Assembly: GCA_038087875.1 (NCBI GenBank)
Contig: CM075988.1
Coordinates: forward strand, 20,524,001-20,588,000
From: Malacoraja senta
Taxonomy: Eukaryota
DNA: 64,000 bases
Direction of reading: 5' to 3'
Shown here one piece after another: positions 49,867-62,674 of this stretch. The position numbers and the translations under genes are program-made. Each line of letters starts with the position of its first letter. Position 1 is the stretch's first letter. The notes under the pieces are model-generated. The model was not told the DNA's origin and ran no database searches. It worked only from the letters and a program-made list of their open reading frames with translations.

Positions 49867-50561
49867 AGGGCCTGTCCCACTTACGTGTCCTTGGCACGCA
49901 AATTACGCGACCTTGTGGTCGCGTTGAGGCGCACGGGCATCGTGTGGCCGCGCGGGGCCGGTCCCACTGAGAAGCGTGGAGGGGTATGTAGTTGTGCACG
50001 ACATCGCGTGGGGCTCTGAAATTTTTGTAGCCAACGAAATCTTCGCGCGCCAACGGCCTGTCACGTAACTGACGGCCAAAGTGGGACAGGCCCAAGACCA
50101 TGGCGCGACGCAACGTCTCACCTCCAACAGCAGCAGAAGCAGGCAAACGATCGCCGAGCTCGGCCTGGGGCTCACGGCCGTTGCGGTCCGGATCCGCCAC
50201 CACTTCTACTCCCAGAGCAGGGCCAAGAAAATTGAAGATAGACACAAAATGCAGGATTAACTCAGCGGGACTGGCAGCATTTCTGGAGAGAAGCAATGGG
50301 TGACGTTTCGGGTCAAGACCCTTCTTTTCAGACTGAAGAAGAGTCTCGACACGAAACGTCACCCATTGCTTCTCTCCAGAGATGCTGCCGGTCCCGCTGA
50401 GTTACTCCAGCTTTGTGTCCATCTTCAAATGACGTCACACGCTCCAGACGTCTGTACGTACGCATGAAATCGCGCGGGACCTTCGCGGTACCGTCTCGGC
50501 TCAACGCGACCACGAGGTCACGTAATTAGCGTGCCAAGGACACGTAAGTGGGACAGGCCCT
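49867..50561. mobile_element. Harbinger/PIF-type MITE, family C, carrying a nested PLE palindrome (~50231-50428)
   Basis: ~60-bp TIR AGGGCCTGTCCCACTTACGTGTCCTTGGCACGC. TSD TTA (49864-49866, 50562-50564). Confidence 0.9.
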
Positions 50562-51524
50562 TTAGTCCTGTAAGGTGTGGCTGCATTATTGAGACCGTGC
50601 TTTCCATTGAGGTCCTCTGTGCTGCGGGTTCTGTTTGTGGATTCCTGAACCCGAATCTACTGGAGCAGACACCTTAGTGTGCAGATGTGTAGAGACCTAA
50701 TGTCAAGAATGTCTTGTTTTTTTTTGCACACTTCCTTCTTTTGGAATTTTATGTGTCATTTAAGTATAATTTTGTTTCTTGTGTATTGTCTGAGTCAATG
50801 TGATGTTGCTACAAGCAATGGTTTTCAATGCACCCATGCCTCGCCATTCTTGTACATATGGAAAAAAAAACCATGAACGATCTAGTCATGGAGCTAGAGA
50901 AAAAGGCCCTTTGGCCCATGTTGTCCCTGCAGACCAAGTTGGCATACTAGGCTAGTCCCATTTTTATTGGTATTTTGTGCTGTCTTTGTATTGAGAATTA
51001 ATGCGTGTGAAGTGAATCGCTAGGTTCAATGATGACAGCCTGTTTAAGGTTCTCGTGGTTCCTAATTATCTGTAGCATGTATGTTTTGAGATGTGAAGTG
51101 AGATACAAGGAGCACTGGAGCTTTGGAAGAGAGGACCGGAGTAGGCTAGTTTCGCCATTCAATGAGAGGTGGTGGACTTGTGAGCGACCGCTATCAAACA
51201 TCTTGTTCCACATTTCTTTAACATGGTACCAGTGATGGACAAGAGTTTAACATTCTCATATTTAACATTAATACTTGGCCTGATATCAACCACTGTGTGT
51301 GAGGAACCCTTTAGTGTTGTTGTCTGTTTATTTTATTTTGCGTCTTTCCAAAATCAGACAAATTTAAATTCCTGCGTTTATCTCTGATCTTCTTGTGGAT
51401 TCCTGTTCACATTTTGAATCACATACCCAGCACGTAAACCATAGGCATGGGTTTGGTGAGTGAAATTGTTAGATTTTATAACATTTCGTGGTGTTACAAT
51501 TTGAGTTTAGTTTTATTTGACTCA

Positions 51525-52050
51525 TAAGTTCATAAGGTCATAAGTGATAGCAGCAGAATTAGGCCATTTGGCTCATCGTCTACTCCGCCATTCATTCGTG
51601 GCTGATCTATCTCTCCCTTGTAACCCCATTCTCCTGCCTTCTCCCCATAACCCCTGTCACCTGTACTAATCAAGAATCTATCTATCTCTGCCGTAAAAAT
51701 ATGACATGGTCTCCTAAGCCTTCTGTGGCAAAGAATTCCATTGATTCACCACCCTCTGACTAAAGAAATTCCTATTCATCTCCTTCCTGAAGGAAAGTCC
51801 TTTAATTCTGAGGCTATGACTAGTCCTAGACTCTCCCACCAGTGGAAGTATCGTTCCCGCATCCACCCTATCCAAGCATTTCAATGTTTGGTAAATTTCA
51901 ACGAGGTCCCCCCTCATTCTTCCAAACTCCAGCGAGCTCAAGCCCAGTGGCGTCAAATGCTCATCATATGTTAACCCACTCATTCTTGGGATCATTCTTG
52001 TAAACCTCTTCTGGACCCTCTCCAGAGCCAGCACAACCTTCCTCAGATAC
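51525..52050 (-). mobile_element. CR1-like LINE 3' fragment
   Basis: Encodes LERVQKRFTRMIP..NFFSQRVVNQWNSLPQ, with an 8-nt repeat tail. Confidence 0.85.
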
Positions 52051-53884
52051 GTTTAGCGATACAGCGTGGAAACAGGCCCTTCGGCCCACCGAGTCCGCAC
52101 CGACCAGCGATTTGCGCACTCTAACGCTACCCTACTCACACTAGGGACAATTTACACATACACCAAGCCAATTAACCTGTACGTCTTTGGAGTTTGGGAG
52201 GAAACCGAAGATCTCAGAGAAAACCCACGCAAGTCACGGGGAGGACGTACAAACTCCGTACAGACAGCACCCGTAGTCTCCGGCGCTGCAAGGTCGCAAC
52301 TCTGCCGCCGTGCCACTATAAAAATAATTCAAATTGCAGACTGTGCCCAAACTTGCTCACAATACTACAAATGCTGTCTGCCCGCCACCTTATAGAGCCT
52401 CAGCATTACATCCATGGTTTTGTGTTCTAGCCCTCTCTAAATAAATGCTAGCATGCATGGAAGCACTCAGTGCCTGAGTACCTAATTGTTCATCAAGGTT
52501 GAAACATTTTGTTGGGGTGAATGGCAAGTTTGGTGGGACTTATTAATTTCCCTCGGGGGTTCTGAGAACATAGCAGCTCCAAGCTGGGTGCGTCGTGGTT
52601 TGCTTGAAGTCCCACAGAATGGCAATCATTGTTCTCCATACCTCTGGGATTTTGTTGACTTTGTATGTAACTTCGTTGCCAAAGAAAACACAACCAGAGC
52701 AATTATTTCAAAATAAATTGAATACAAAGTTGCTGAATAAGCATTTAGAAGGCGTTGGGTAGGGAACAGAGAGTACCCTAACCCAGATAGAACATCCAAA
52801 CGGAGCAAGATGACATTATCTCAGCAGCGTTAGATGCCAATAACAGACATTTTAACCATCCAAATAATGTCTCAGTTTTCCACTGATTTAAAAAATGTTC
52901 CTGGAAGGAAATCATTTTCAGAGAGAGAGATAGCCAAAAGTGCAGATTATGATGTTTAGTTTTAGTTTAGTTTACAGATACAGTGTGGAAACAGGCCGTT
53001 TCATTCTCTGAGTCCACGCCAACCATCGATCAGTCTATACACTAGTTCTATGTCATTCTTCACGCTGCCTGAAGAAGGGTCTCGATCTGAAACATCACCT
53101 ATCCATGTTCTCCAGAGAGGCTGCCTGATCTTTACCTGAGTTTAGTTTAGAGATACAGATAGCTAGCACTAGCACTAGCCTGCACACTAGGGACAATTTA
53201 CAAGTTACAAAAGCCAATTAACCTACAAACCTGTACGTCTTTGGAATGTGGGAGGAAACCGGAAAAACGCGGAGAGAACCCACGCGGTCAAAGGGAGAAC
53301 GTACAAACTCTGTACAGACAGCGCCCAGAGTCAGGATTGAATCCGGGTCTCTGGTGTCGTAAGGCAGCAACTGTACCATTGTGCCACCTTTTTGCCCTTA
53401 AGTTAAGGCTTTTGGAGTGTAATAACTCACAGCCCTGGAGGCGTAGTAAAGACCTTTGTCATGTCTAAATAGGATTTGTACTTTAAGAGCTATGACCTGG
53501 AGAGTAATATATTGAGTGCTCAAAGTTGGTCATGGGCTAAATTGTTTCTTTTTTCTGATACAGAGATGACGGACAAAATTTTGTAATAATCCCTGTTAAA
53601 ATGTTTGTAATAGTCCCTATTACGAAACCCATGATTTTGGTAATAGTGACTGTTGTCCTGTGAACGCAGGGTAGGCTTTGAGGAGTTGGGACAGGAGTTA
53701 CATTTCTAATGGACCATTGCCCAGTTGCAAAGTTTGCAGATCCTAAACTTGTGACTCATGCATCAACCAAGTCATAGAACTGTACAGCAGGGAACAGGCC
53801 CTTCGGCCCACCTTGTCCGTGCCGACCAAGTTGACATTCTTGTCCAGTCCCATTTGCCTGCATTTGGCCCGTATCACTTTTAAC

Positions 53885-54225
53885 ATATATGATACGGTAC
53901 GATAGAACTTTACTTATCCCAGGAGGGAAATTGATCTGCCAACAGTCATGAATACACAAAATACATGAAACATTAAATTAAAACGACGAGTGGAAAGGAT
54001 TGGGGGGTGTGCAAAGATTGGGGAGGGTGAGCAGGGGAAAGGAGTTAGTCTACCCCACGACAGAAGGGGGCGGAGTTGTACAGTTTGATATCCACGGGGA
54101 AGAAGGATCTCTTGTGGTGTTCTGTGCTGCATCTTGGTGGAACCAGTCTGTTGCTGAAGGTGCTCCTCAGGTTGACCAGTGTGTCATGGAGGGGGTGAGC
54201 TGTATTGTCCAAGATGCTCCGCATT
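53885..54225 (-). mobile_element. Rex1/Babar-like LINE 3' fragment
   Basis: Encodes SILDNTAHPLH..RL..PRCSTE..KRSFFP..IKLYN. Confidence 0.8.
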
Positions 54226-54449
54226 TCAAATATACCAGGGATGATTTGAATTATCATCTCTGGCGTCATCACTTAGGTTATTCATGGTGTCTTTGCCTGT
54301 TGCTGAAGCCATGTGTTAATGCTCCTGGGTAACGTCAGTGCAGATATTGGCCTCCCATGACATGCTTGGCAATAGATAGACTTTCTTCTGGATGTTTCTG
54401 TTATTTACTGATACGCACTGCGTTTTCCCAGTCACCATGGGTTGCTGGA

Positions 54450-54620
54450 ACTTCTCACTGAGTTCATAACATTGGGTTGTAAGCTGCCCATGTGGAATTT
54501 GAGGTGTAACTCCTCCAGTTTGTGTGTGGCCGCACTCTGGCAATGGAGGAGGTCACGGACCAAAATGTCAGAATGGGAATGGGAACAGAAGTCGAAATGG
54601 TTAGCGACCCGGAGATCTAC
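54450..54620 (-). mobile_element. Degraded PLE GIY-YIG fragment
   Basis: Collinear similarity to 40490-40655 (caatggaggagg..gtcagaatgggaatggga..ggagatc). Confidence 0.65.
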
Positions 54621-56405
54621 TCAGTTAGGATGGCTAAACACGCTCTGAGATCCAGGTTCCCTTTTAGATTGGAAGACTTACACATGCAGTGGGATGGGAC
54701 ATCCATGCTAAGGTGGAATAGTGCTCTGAGCTGCAATTGAAATCAAGTAAAGCTAATGCTTTCAATCGCGGTAACCCAATCTATATCATTATCATCGGCA
54801 TCATTCCCACAAGAAGCTTTAAACAAGACGAGAGAGAGAATAATTTCCACAGCAAGCAGAGTAGTACTTCACTGTAATGAAGTGTTTCTAATATAAAATT
54901 GTTCAAACAAGCGTAGCAGGTACCAAACGTACAAGTTTTTCTTTCATTCTTTCAATGTGTTATTTGAGAAAACTATCCATTGTTTTGCTTTGTGCATTCC
55001 TTTTAGAACTAAGCTCTTGTAAGTGGGTGTTACTGAGATATGCCTACTCCCTGGAGGTGATATTTCACACTGGCTAAATAAAATGGCTATTGCACATGTG
55101 TGAAACTGGTGCAGGGGGGCTGTGTGTGATTTTCCATCGGTTACCCAGAGAATTTGTTGCTTTTATTAGCACGCGGTGTCAGACACTCTCCCATGTACCA
55201 TTTTGTATTCTTTAACTTGTGCGGATGTCAGGGTGCAAATGAAGTCAAGAGCCAAGGGTGTTTAATTATCATATGTACTGGCAAGGGAATGAAATTCTTA
55301 CTTGCTGCAGCTTTATAGGCCCATTAATGCAATTACATACAGATAAATATACAATAATCAATATTACAACACTATTAATTATCAATACTAGCTAACCAGA
55401 CCACAGTAGTACATGTTCATGGTCCAATTAAATTCACAGGAGATCATAAGTGCTGAGGTAGGGTTGTGGTTAGTGTTGTGCAGTGTTCAAGAACTTGCTA
55501 GTTCACAATTTTCAAACTCCAGGTTCTTCTTCCCAATGGCAGCATTGAGATGTGAGCTTGGCCAGGGTGGTGTGGATCTTTTATGATATTAGCTGCCTTT
55601 CTGAGCCAGGGCCTCCTATAGATCCTTTTGACGGTGGGGAGGTCAATATGTTGACTGGATAATGGACCATGATGACAGGGCAATGTCTACAGACTCGATG
55701 ATGATTCCATGCCTCAGGTGTAGTGCCTTGCCTGTCCCAAGGAAATGCCATTTAACTTTTCCTTCGGCTTACCTCCCTGTTCCTCCAGTGAATCATTAAG
55801 TTGGGGTCTGCTTCCCTGCCATGGTGGACTTTAAAAATCTCTCTGCTCCAAAGACATACAGGTTTGTAGGTTAATTGGCTTGGTATAATAATTGTAATTT
55901 GTCCCTAGTGTGTGTAGGGTGGTGTTGGTGTGCGGGAATTGCTGGTCAGCGCGGACTCGGTGGGCCGACGAGCCTCTTTCCCCGCTGTATCTTGAAACTA
56001 AACTAAAAATATTGAAACAGCAAAGAGTTCCCGCGGTGCCTTGGCCAACGTTCCTTTCTCATTAACTGGTGATTGATAGCACTGGGCTTTACGGGGGAGA
56101 GTGTTGGCACGCAATGCCTGCCAAATTTGCCAACCTATCAGTCATCTTATGCAGTGAAAGTATGTCAGTGAAGTTCTGTGAAACATTTTCACATGATAAG
56201 CTGTTGCACAAATGTGTCCTTTTGATTCATTAAAATTTTAGATTATTTCAGACTATTTACATTCTATATTGTTCATAATGTTATTGCTTCAGAATCGCAC
56301 GAGCAACTAAAATCATTCTGTGGCTACATTTTCTGGAATGTGGTTTTTGGACATGGAGTTATTTGGGTTAATACCTGCCCATGCATGTCAAGCCTTTCTC
56401 ATGCT

Positions 56406-57367
56406 TTTTCTAAATTAAACTCTAATATTACTAATTTTGTCTGGGACTATAAATCACATAGAATTAAAAAAGAACACTTATGTAAACCAAAAGATGTCGG
56501 GGGACTTTCACTCCCGAATTTTCTGTATTACTATTGGGCAATACATATTAAGAATATAATTTATTGGTTGGATAGTTCTACCCAACAGACAGAATGGATA
56601 AAAATGGAGAAAGAGGATTGTTTCCCTTGTAATATAGGAACGATCCTCTTCTCCCCGAAAAAAATGAACAATACAATATATAAGAAGAACCCAATTATAC
56701 AGGATACAATAAGAATATGGAAACAAATAAAATTATCCTTAAAATTAAGAAACCTATCATTGTTAACACCAATAGCGAATAATCCTTTATTTAAACCATC
56801 TCTTATGGACAAAATATATAATCAATGGGAAAGGTTAGGAATTAAAAGGATCGGGGACATGTATGAAATGGGAGATTTACTATCATTTCAACAATTACAA
56901 TTACAATTTAAATTGAAAAACAATCATTATTTTAAATATTTTCAGATTTGCAACTTCTTGAAGACATACATACAAGGATATCAAAAAATAATTCCTGATT
57001 TATTGGAAGAAGTAATGAATATTAAAGCTGATACACAAAAATGAATATCATATTTATATAATAGTATTTTAAATATAGATTTACCAGCGACAGAGGTAAT
57101 TAGAGAAGAGTGGGAACGGGAATTAATGAAAAAATTACGAAGGTTACATGGGAAAAGTATTTGACATACATTCACAAATGTTCGATTAATGCAAGACATA
57201 ATCTAATTCAATTTAAAATTTTACATAGATTATATTACTCAAAAACAAGATTAAATAAATGTTACCCAAATATATCCCCCACTTGCGATAAATGTTTAAC
57301 CCAAGATGCAACTATAACACACTCTTTTGTTTCCTGTATAAAACTTTATAGATTTTGGATTTTATTT

Positions 57368-57415
<48 letters not shown>

Positions 57416-58140
57416 GTTCGGCACGGACTTGAAGGGCCGAGATGGCCTGTTTCCGTGCTGTTATGGTTATATGGTTATATGGAGTGATATTTTCGAAATA
57501 TTCACAAAATTATTTTAGATAAAAATGGAACCTAATAATGAATTGATTATATTTGGGGTAATGGAAGATGGGAATAAACTGAATCCATCTCAAAAATTAT
57601 TTTTTAATTATGGTTTAATAATAGCAAAAAAATTAATACTTAAATTTTTTGAAAAATACACCAATACCAACGCTCAAAATGTGGATTGCAAGTATGTTGG
57701 ACACTGCACATCTTGAGGAAATGCGATTCCTCCTAATAGATAAATTTGACCAATTCACAACGAGTTGGTCTCCATTTGTCGTCTTTTTGGAATCATATGG
57801 TGCAACACAATTGTAAAAGCTAACTCGTGACTGGACGAGGGATGGTCAAGATTATAAATAAGATCTCCTTACTTCTTTTTTCTTTTTCTTCCCTTTTCTT
57901 CTTTTATTCTCTTTTTCGTTTTCTATTCTTTAACTTTCTTCTTTCACTTTCTATTTTTCTTTTCCACACACTATATATCTCACATTTTTCTATACTTCAT
58001 TATCTAACTTCTTTTTCTTTTTCTTCTTTATTATAAAAAATAGAAAAAAGAAGCTGTACATAAAATGTATTATGAAAATATGATTGTATACAATTGTACT
58101 TACTTCTAATAAAATAAAAATAAAAAATAAAAATAAAAAG
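56406..58140 (+). mobile_element. 5'-truncated L1-clade (L1/Tx1) LINE with A-rich tail
   Basis: ORF2 C-terminal motifs FVW, KPKDVGGLSLPNFLYYYWA, FKILHRLY and CDKC..THSFVSC (frameshifted). 15-bp TSD AGCCTTTCTCATGCT at 56391-56405 and 58141-58155. Confidence 0.9.
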
Positions 58141-58185
58141 AGCCTTTCTCATGCTATAGGTTCAATCATCAGGGTGGTTCAGTGG

Positions 58186-58495
58186 ATAGACACAAAATGT
58201 TGGAGTAACTCAGCGGGATAGGCAGCATCTCTGGAGAGAAGGACTGGGTGATGTTTAGGGTCGAGACCCTTTTTCAGACTAGAGTCAGGGGAAAGGGAAA
58301 CAAGAGATATAGTTGGTGATGTAGAGAGATATCACCATCTATATCTCTCGTTTCCCTTTCTCCTGACTCTAGTCTGAAGAAGGGTCCCGACACAAAAAGT
58401 CACCCGTTTCTTCGCTCCAGAGATGCTGCCAGTACTCCAGCATTTTGTGTCTATCTTCGGTTTAAATCAGCATCGGCAGTTCCTTCCTACACACA
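58186..58495. mobile_element. Long palindromic PLE pseudo-LTR unit
   Basis: Arms of ~135 bp centred near 58325, with degenerate hammerhead cores at 58250-58277(-) and 58374-58401(+). Confidence 0.8.
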
Positions 58496-58738
58496 GGGTG
58501 GTGCAGTGGTGCATCTGGAAGAATCGCTGCCTTGCATCACCAGAGTCCCGGGTTCAATCCTGACCTCGGGTGCTGTCTGTGTGGAGTTTGCACATTCTTC
58601 CTGTGGCTGCATGGGTTTCCTCCAGGTGCTCCCATTTCCTCCCACATTCCAAATATGTGTGGGTTTGTAGGTTAATTAGCTTCTGTAAATTGCCCCCAGT
58701 GTTGAGGGAGTGGATGTGAAAATAGGATAACATGGAAC

Positions 58739-59627
58739 TGTTAATTCTGGCCAAATTGGAGATGCCAGGACACTAAAATTGAGTAAAGGCTTCTGGGCTG
58801 CTAGGCCATTTGGTCAATTTAAATGTGCCTTCCGCAGAAATGGGACAAGCTGCAGAATGGTGCCAGTTTGTCTAGAGCCTAGATAAGAGTTGCAGGAAGA
58901 GAATGGAACAACAATTTATGTATTGGTCTTTATAACCTATTTTTTTTAAATTCTGATTATATGTTTTCTATAAATCTCTGTATGGTGTCCTTGAGACCTC
59001 GGTATAAGGCGCCCGTAAATAAAATCCATTATTATTATTATTATCTGCAGATTCTGACAATTAGGTGTAAATTGCATGAAACGGATTGGATGAATGCAAA
59101 CCACATTGTAAATATTGTTGCAAAGCTTTACTTTGCTAGATGTTGATTGGGTTAAGTGTTGCGCCTTGTCTAGGTTTCTTGAATATCCAGGCACATGGTG
59201 CATAATTCATCTCTGTTAACCTGCATCTAGAAACTTCGCCAGATACATTGTATTAGTCACTGTTTTATTGGGTTCAGGAAATGTCTATCATGTACTGTGT
59301 TAATCGATATCTGTTATTGGACTGTATAGATACCACCCCCATGTGGCTCAGCTCCTCAAGGTTCGGGGACCTATAAAAGGCTGCTCCCACGAGGTCCTGT
59401 GACGATCTTCTGGGAGAACGCTTAGGACTGCGTGACCTTTTGGAGTGTCTCTGCTTGCACGAGGCTAGAAGGGCTTGGTCAAGCAGATACAAGGATCAAA
59501 CCCACGGTGGTTAGGTATTTTGGTGGGGAACTGTTATTGTGTTTTTCCAAAATAAAATTTAGTGCTTGACTCAGTATTTTATTGACTGAAACTAGACTGG
59601 GGGGAAGCTTAGAACGAGCTATTTACA
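58739..59627 (+). mobile_element. Solo LTR (Gypsy-like) inserted into a V-SINE
   Basis: TGTTAAT...ATTTACA termini and 4-bp TSD GAAC (58735-58738, 59628-59631). TATAAAAG near 59372 and AATAAA near 59551. The SINE 5' part (58500-58738) and tail (59628-59700) rejoin when it is removed. Confidence 0.8.
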
Positions 59628-62011
59628 GAACTGGTGTGAACGGGTGATCGATGGTCGGCATGGACTCGGTGGGCTGAAGGGCCTGTTTCTGCTGTATCTT
59701 TCAATCAATCAATCAACCAATCAATCCAATCAATCAATCTATCAATCAATCGTCTTTCTGGGTGTGAGGACCACAGCCAAAGAGTGTCTGCAGAACATGG
59801 TAGTCAAAGTGGCCACGAACAGTCTCTTTGGTTTGGCCTGTAGTGTGGCACAGAGGTGAACCATCTGACACCCATCCAACTCACCTGCAGAAGGTTAAAT
59901 ATGGTTAAAAAATCTTTCATTTATAGTTGTTCTTTTTGCATTATAGTATTTAATATGTGTTCAAGTCATTGTTTGAATCTTTCATTGTCCTTGCTTTGCT
60001 TCCGACTTCACAAGCTGGAGAATGCCTGTTAATTATCTTGACCATGTGGAATCTATTTTAAAATTCACCTGTTCCACCACCCACAGCCCATCTGTAAGAT
60101 GTACTGCAGCAACTTGCCAAGGTTTCTTTGGAGGTGCGTCCCAAAACAATGACCATGATCTCCTCAAAGGACAAGAGAATTGGGGTAAGCCACCACATGC
60201 AGTTCTCTAACTCGCAGGGCGGCATGGTAGCACAGCGGCAGAGCTACAGCCTTACAGCGCCAGAGACCAGGGTTCGATCTCGACTACGGGTGCTGTCTGC
60301 ACGGAGTTTGTACGTTCTCCCCGTGACCGCGTGGGTTTTCTCTGAGATCTTCAGTTTCCTCCCACATTCCAAAGACATACAGGTTTGTAGGTTAATTGGC
60401 TTGGTGTAAGTGTAAATTGTCCCTAGTGTGTGTAGGATAATGTAAGTGTGCAGAGATCACTGGTCGGTGCATACTCGGTAGGCCGAAGGGCCTGTTTCTG
60501 CACTGTATCTCCAAACTGAAATAAACTAAACATACTTCCTCATTTGGAAATTGGTGGACACTGCCAGGTCCATCACAGGTACTGACCTCCTCACCATAGA
60601 AGGGATCTCTAAGAGGTGCCTCATCACGAAAGCAACCAGCATCATCAAAGACTCACACCACCCCGGCCATGCTCTCATTTCACTCCTACCATCGGGAAGA
60701 AGGTCAAAACCATATCCATTGGATTCAAAATAAGTTTCTTCCCAACAACCATGAACATTTAAAGAACATTTAGACAGTTACATGGATAGGACAGGTTTAG
60801 CGGGATATTGGCAAATCACAGGAAGGTGGGACTAGTGTAGATGGGACATGTTGGCCAGTGTGGGCAAGTTGGGCTGAAGGGCCTGTTTCCACTGTAAGAT
60901 TCTATGACCCATGAACACCACACAGCACTAACAAAACTCTGAACAATGGACTGTCTTTGATTGCACTAAGGACTTCGAACTTTCTTGCATTAATATTGGG
61001 GTTAATAATATATTTTTTTGTTTGTTTAATATATATAATGTATGATTATTGTGTCTAGAAGCCTGTTATGCTGCTGCAAGTAAAACAAATCCATTGTTCC
61101 ATTGTCAGTACACAAGACAATAAAACATTATTGACACTTGACTCTTGAATTATATATCCCAGTCTTTCATTGTTGCTGGTTCCAAATCGACGACCTCCCT
61201 CCCGACAGCACATGGCAGCTTATTCACCATGATGACTGCAGCCGTTTGTGAAGCAAGCTCATTACCATCTTCACAAGAGCGATCAGTGATGGGCAAAAAT
61301 ATAACTGAAACCTGGGGGTTCGGAAAGAATTTAGCATTTCGATACTAACACCATTCCAAACGATAGTGTTCGCGCGAGTAAGTGGCCAATAATGGGATTG
61401 AGGAAAAAATTGTTCTTGTAGGACAATTTCCAGACCATTGGGGTGGTGTTTCTCAACTTCAATGGGTCTTTTGTGGGCCTCCCAAGCTGAAAGCCATATA
61501 TTATCCATAAATCACATCGTTAAATAGTTAGCCGTGCCAGTAATTTTCGGTTTAATTGAGTGATGGTGTAAATCCATGAAATGGCCCATGACCGTTGATG
61601 GAAAAGGGCTGAGGGATGAGAGGTGGCTTGTATCAGCTTTGCTGAGGTTAATAGTGGAGAAGCGTATGTGTGGCAACAAACACTGAGACAACACAACTCA
61701 CACTCTGCGATGTGGCTACTTATCTGTTCCATGGAACCTTTGCTTATTAACCATGGTGCGAGCCATTAATGGCTCATTAGACTCATGCTGCCAATCCTAT
61801 TTTAGCAGAACAATATAAATGTTGTGAAAATGCTATAATTTACACGGTATTTAGAACATAGCGGCACAGCTGTAGAGTTGCTCCTTGCAGTGGTACAGAG
61901 AATGTGGGGGCGGAGTTTCACTCACATTAAAGTTGCTGCCAGGGACCTGAGTTCGATCCTGACTGCGGCTGCTGTCAGTACAGAGTTTGTACATTCTCCC
62001 TGTGAACGCAG

Positions 62012-62438
62012 GGCTTGTACTCGCTAGAATTTAGAAGATTGAGGGGCGATCTTATAGAAACTTACAAAATTCTTAAGGGGTTGGACAGGCTAGATGCAGG
62101 AAGATTGTTCCCAATGTTGGGGAAGTCCAGAAAAAGGGGTCACAGTTTAAGGATAAGGGGGAAATCTTTTTGGACCGAGATGAGAAAAACATTTTTCACA
62201 CAGAGAGTGGTGAATCTCTGGAATTCTCTGCCACAGAAGATAGTTGAGGCCAGTTCATTGGCTATATTTAAGAGGGAGTTAGATGTGGCCCTTGTGGCTA
62301 AAGGTATCGGGGGTATGGAGAGAAGGTACAGGATACTGAGTTGGATGATCAGCCATGATCATATTGAATGGCGGTGCAGGCTCGAAGGGCCGAATGGCCT
62401 ACTCCTGCACCTATTTTCTATGTTTCTATGTTTCTATG
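62012..62438 (+). mobile_element. CR1-like 3' fragment (same young family as 21750-23176) inserted in a V-SINE
   Basis: Near-identical to 22752-23170, with a (TTTCTATG)3 tail. The SINE V-domain resumes at 62439. Confidence 0.9.
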
Positions 62439-62674
62439 TTTTCTCCGGGTGCTCCGGTTTCCTCCCACATCCCAGGTTAATTGGCTTCTGGATGTGGTTT
62501 TCCATCCAAATTAGTTGTTGTCGACTCTTACTGGCCTAAATTGTGCTGATTAAAGTGTGACGAATCAAGTGCAGTTAGAGATTAGTTTAACTTGACGTCA
62601 TGTTTGGCAGGGACATTGTGGGCCGAAGGGCCTGTTCCTGCGCTATGCTGTTCTATGTTCTAACTGACTCTAGC

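Noticed and set aside
49844..50362. 172-aa ORF across the MITE as a transposase remnant
   Set aside because: It spans a nested PLE palindrome and TIR sequence and shows no DDE or Myb motifs.
61430..61700. Possible decayed Gypsy integrase on the minus strand
   Set aside because: Only faint, frame-broken resemblance; needs TBLASTN/HMM evidence.
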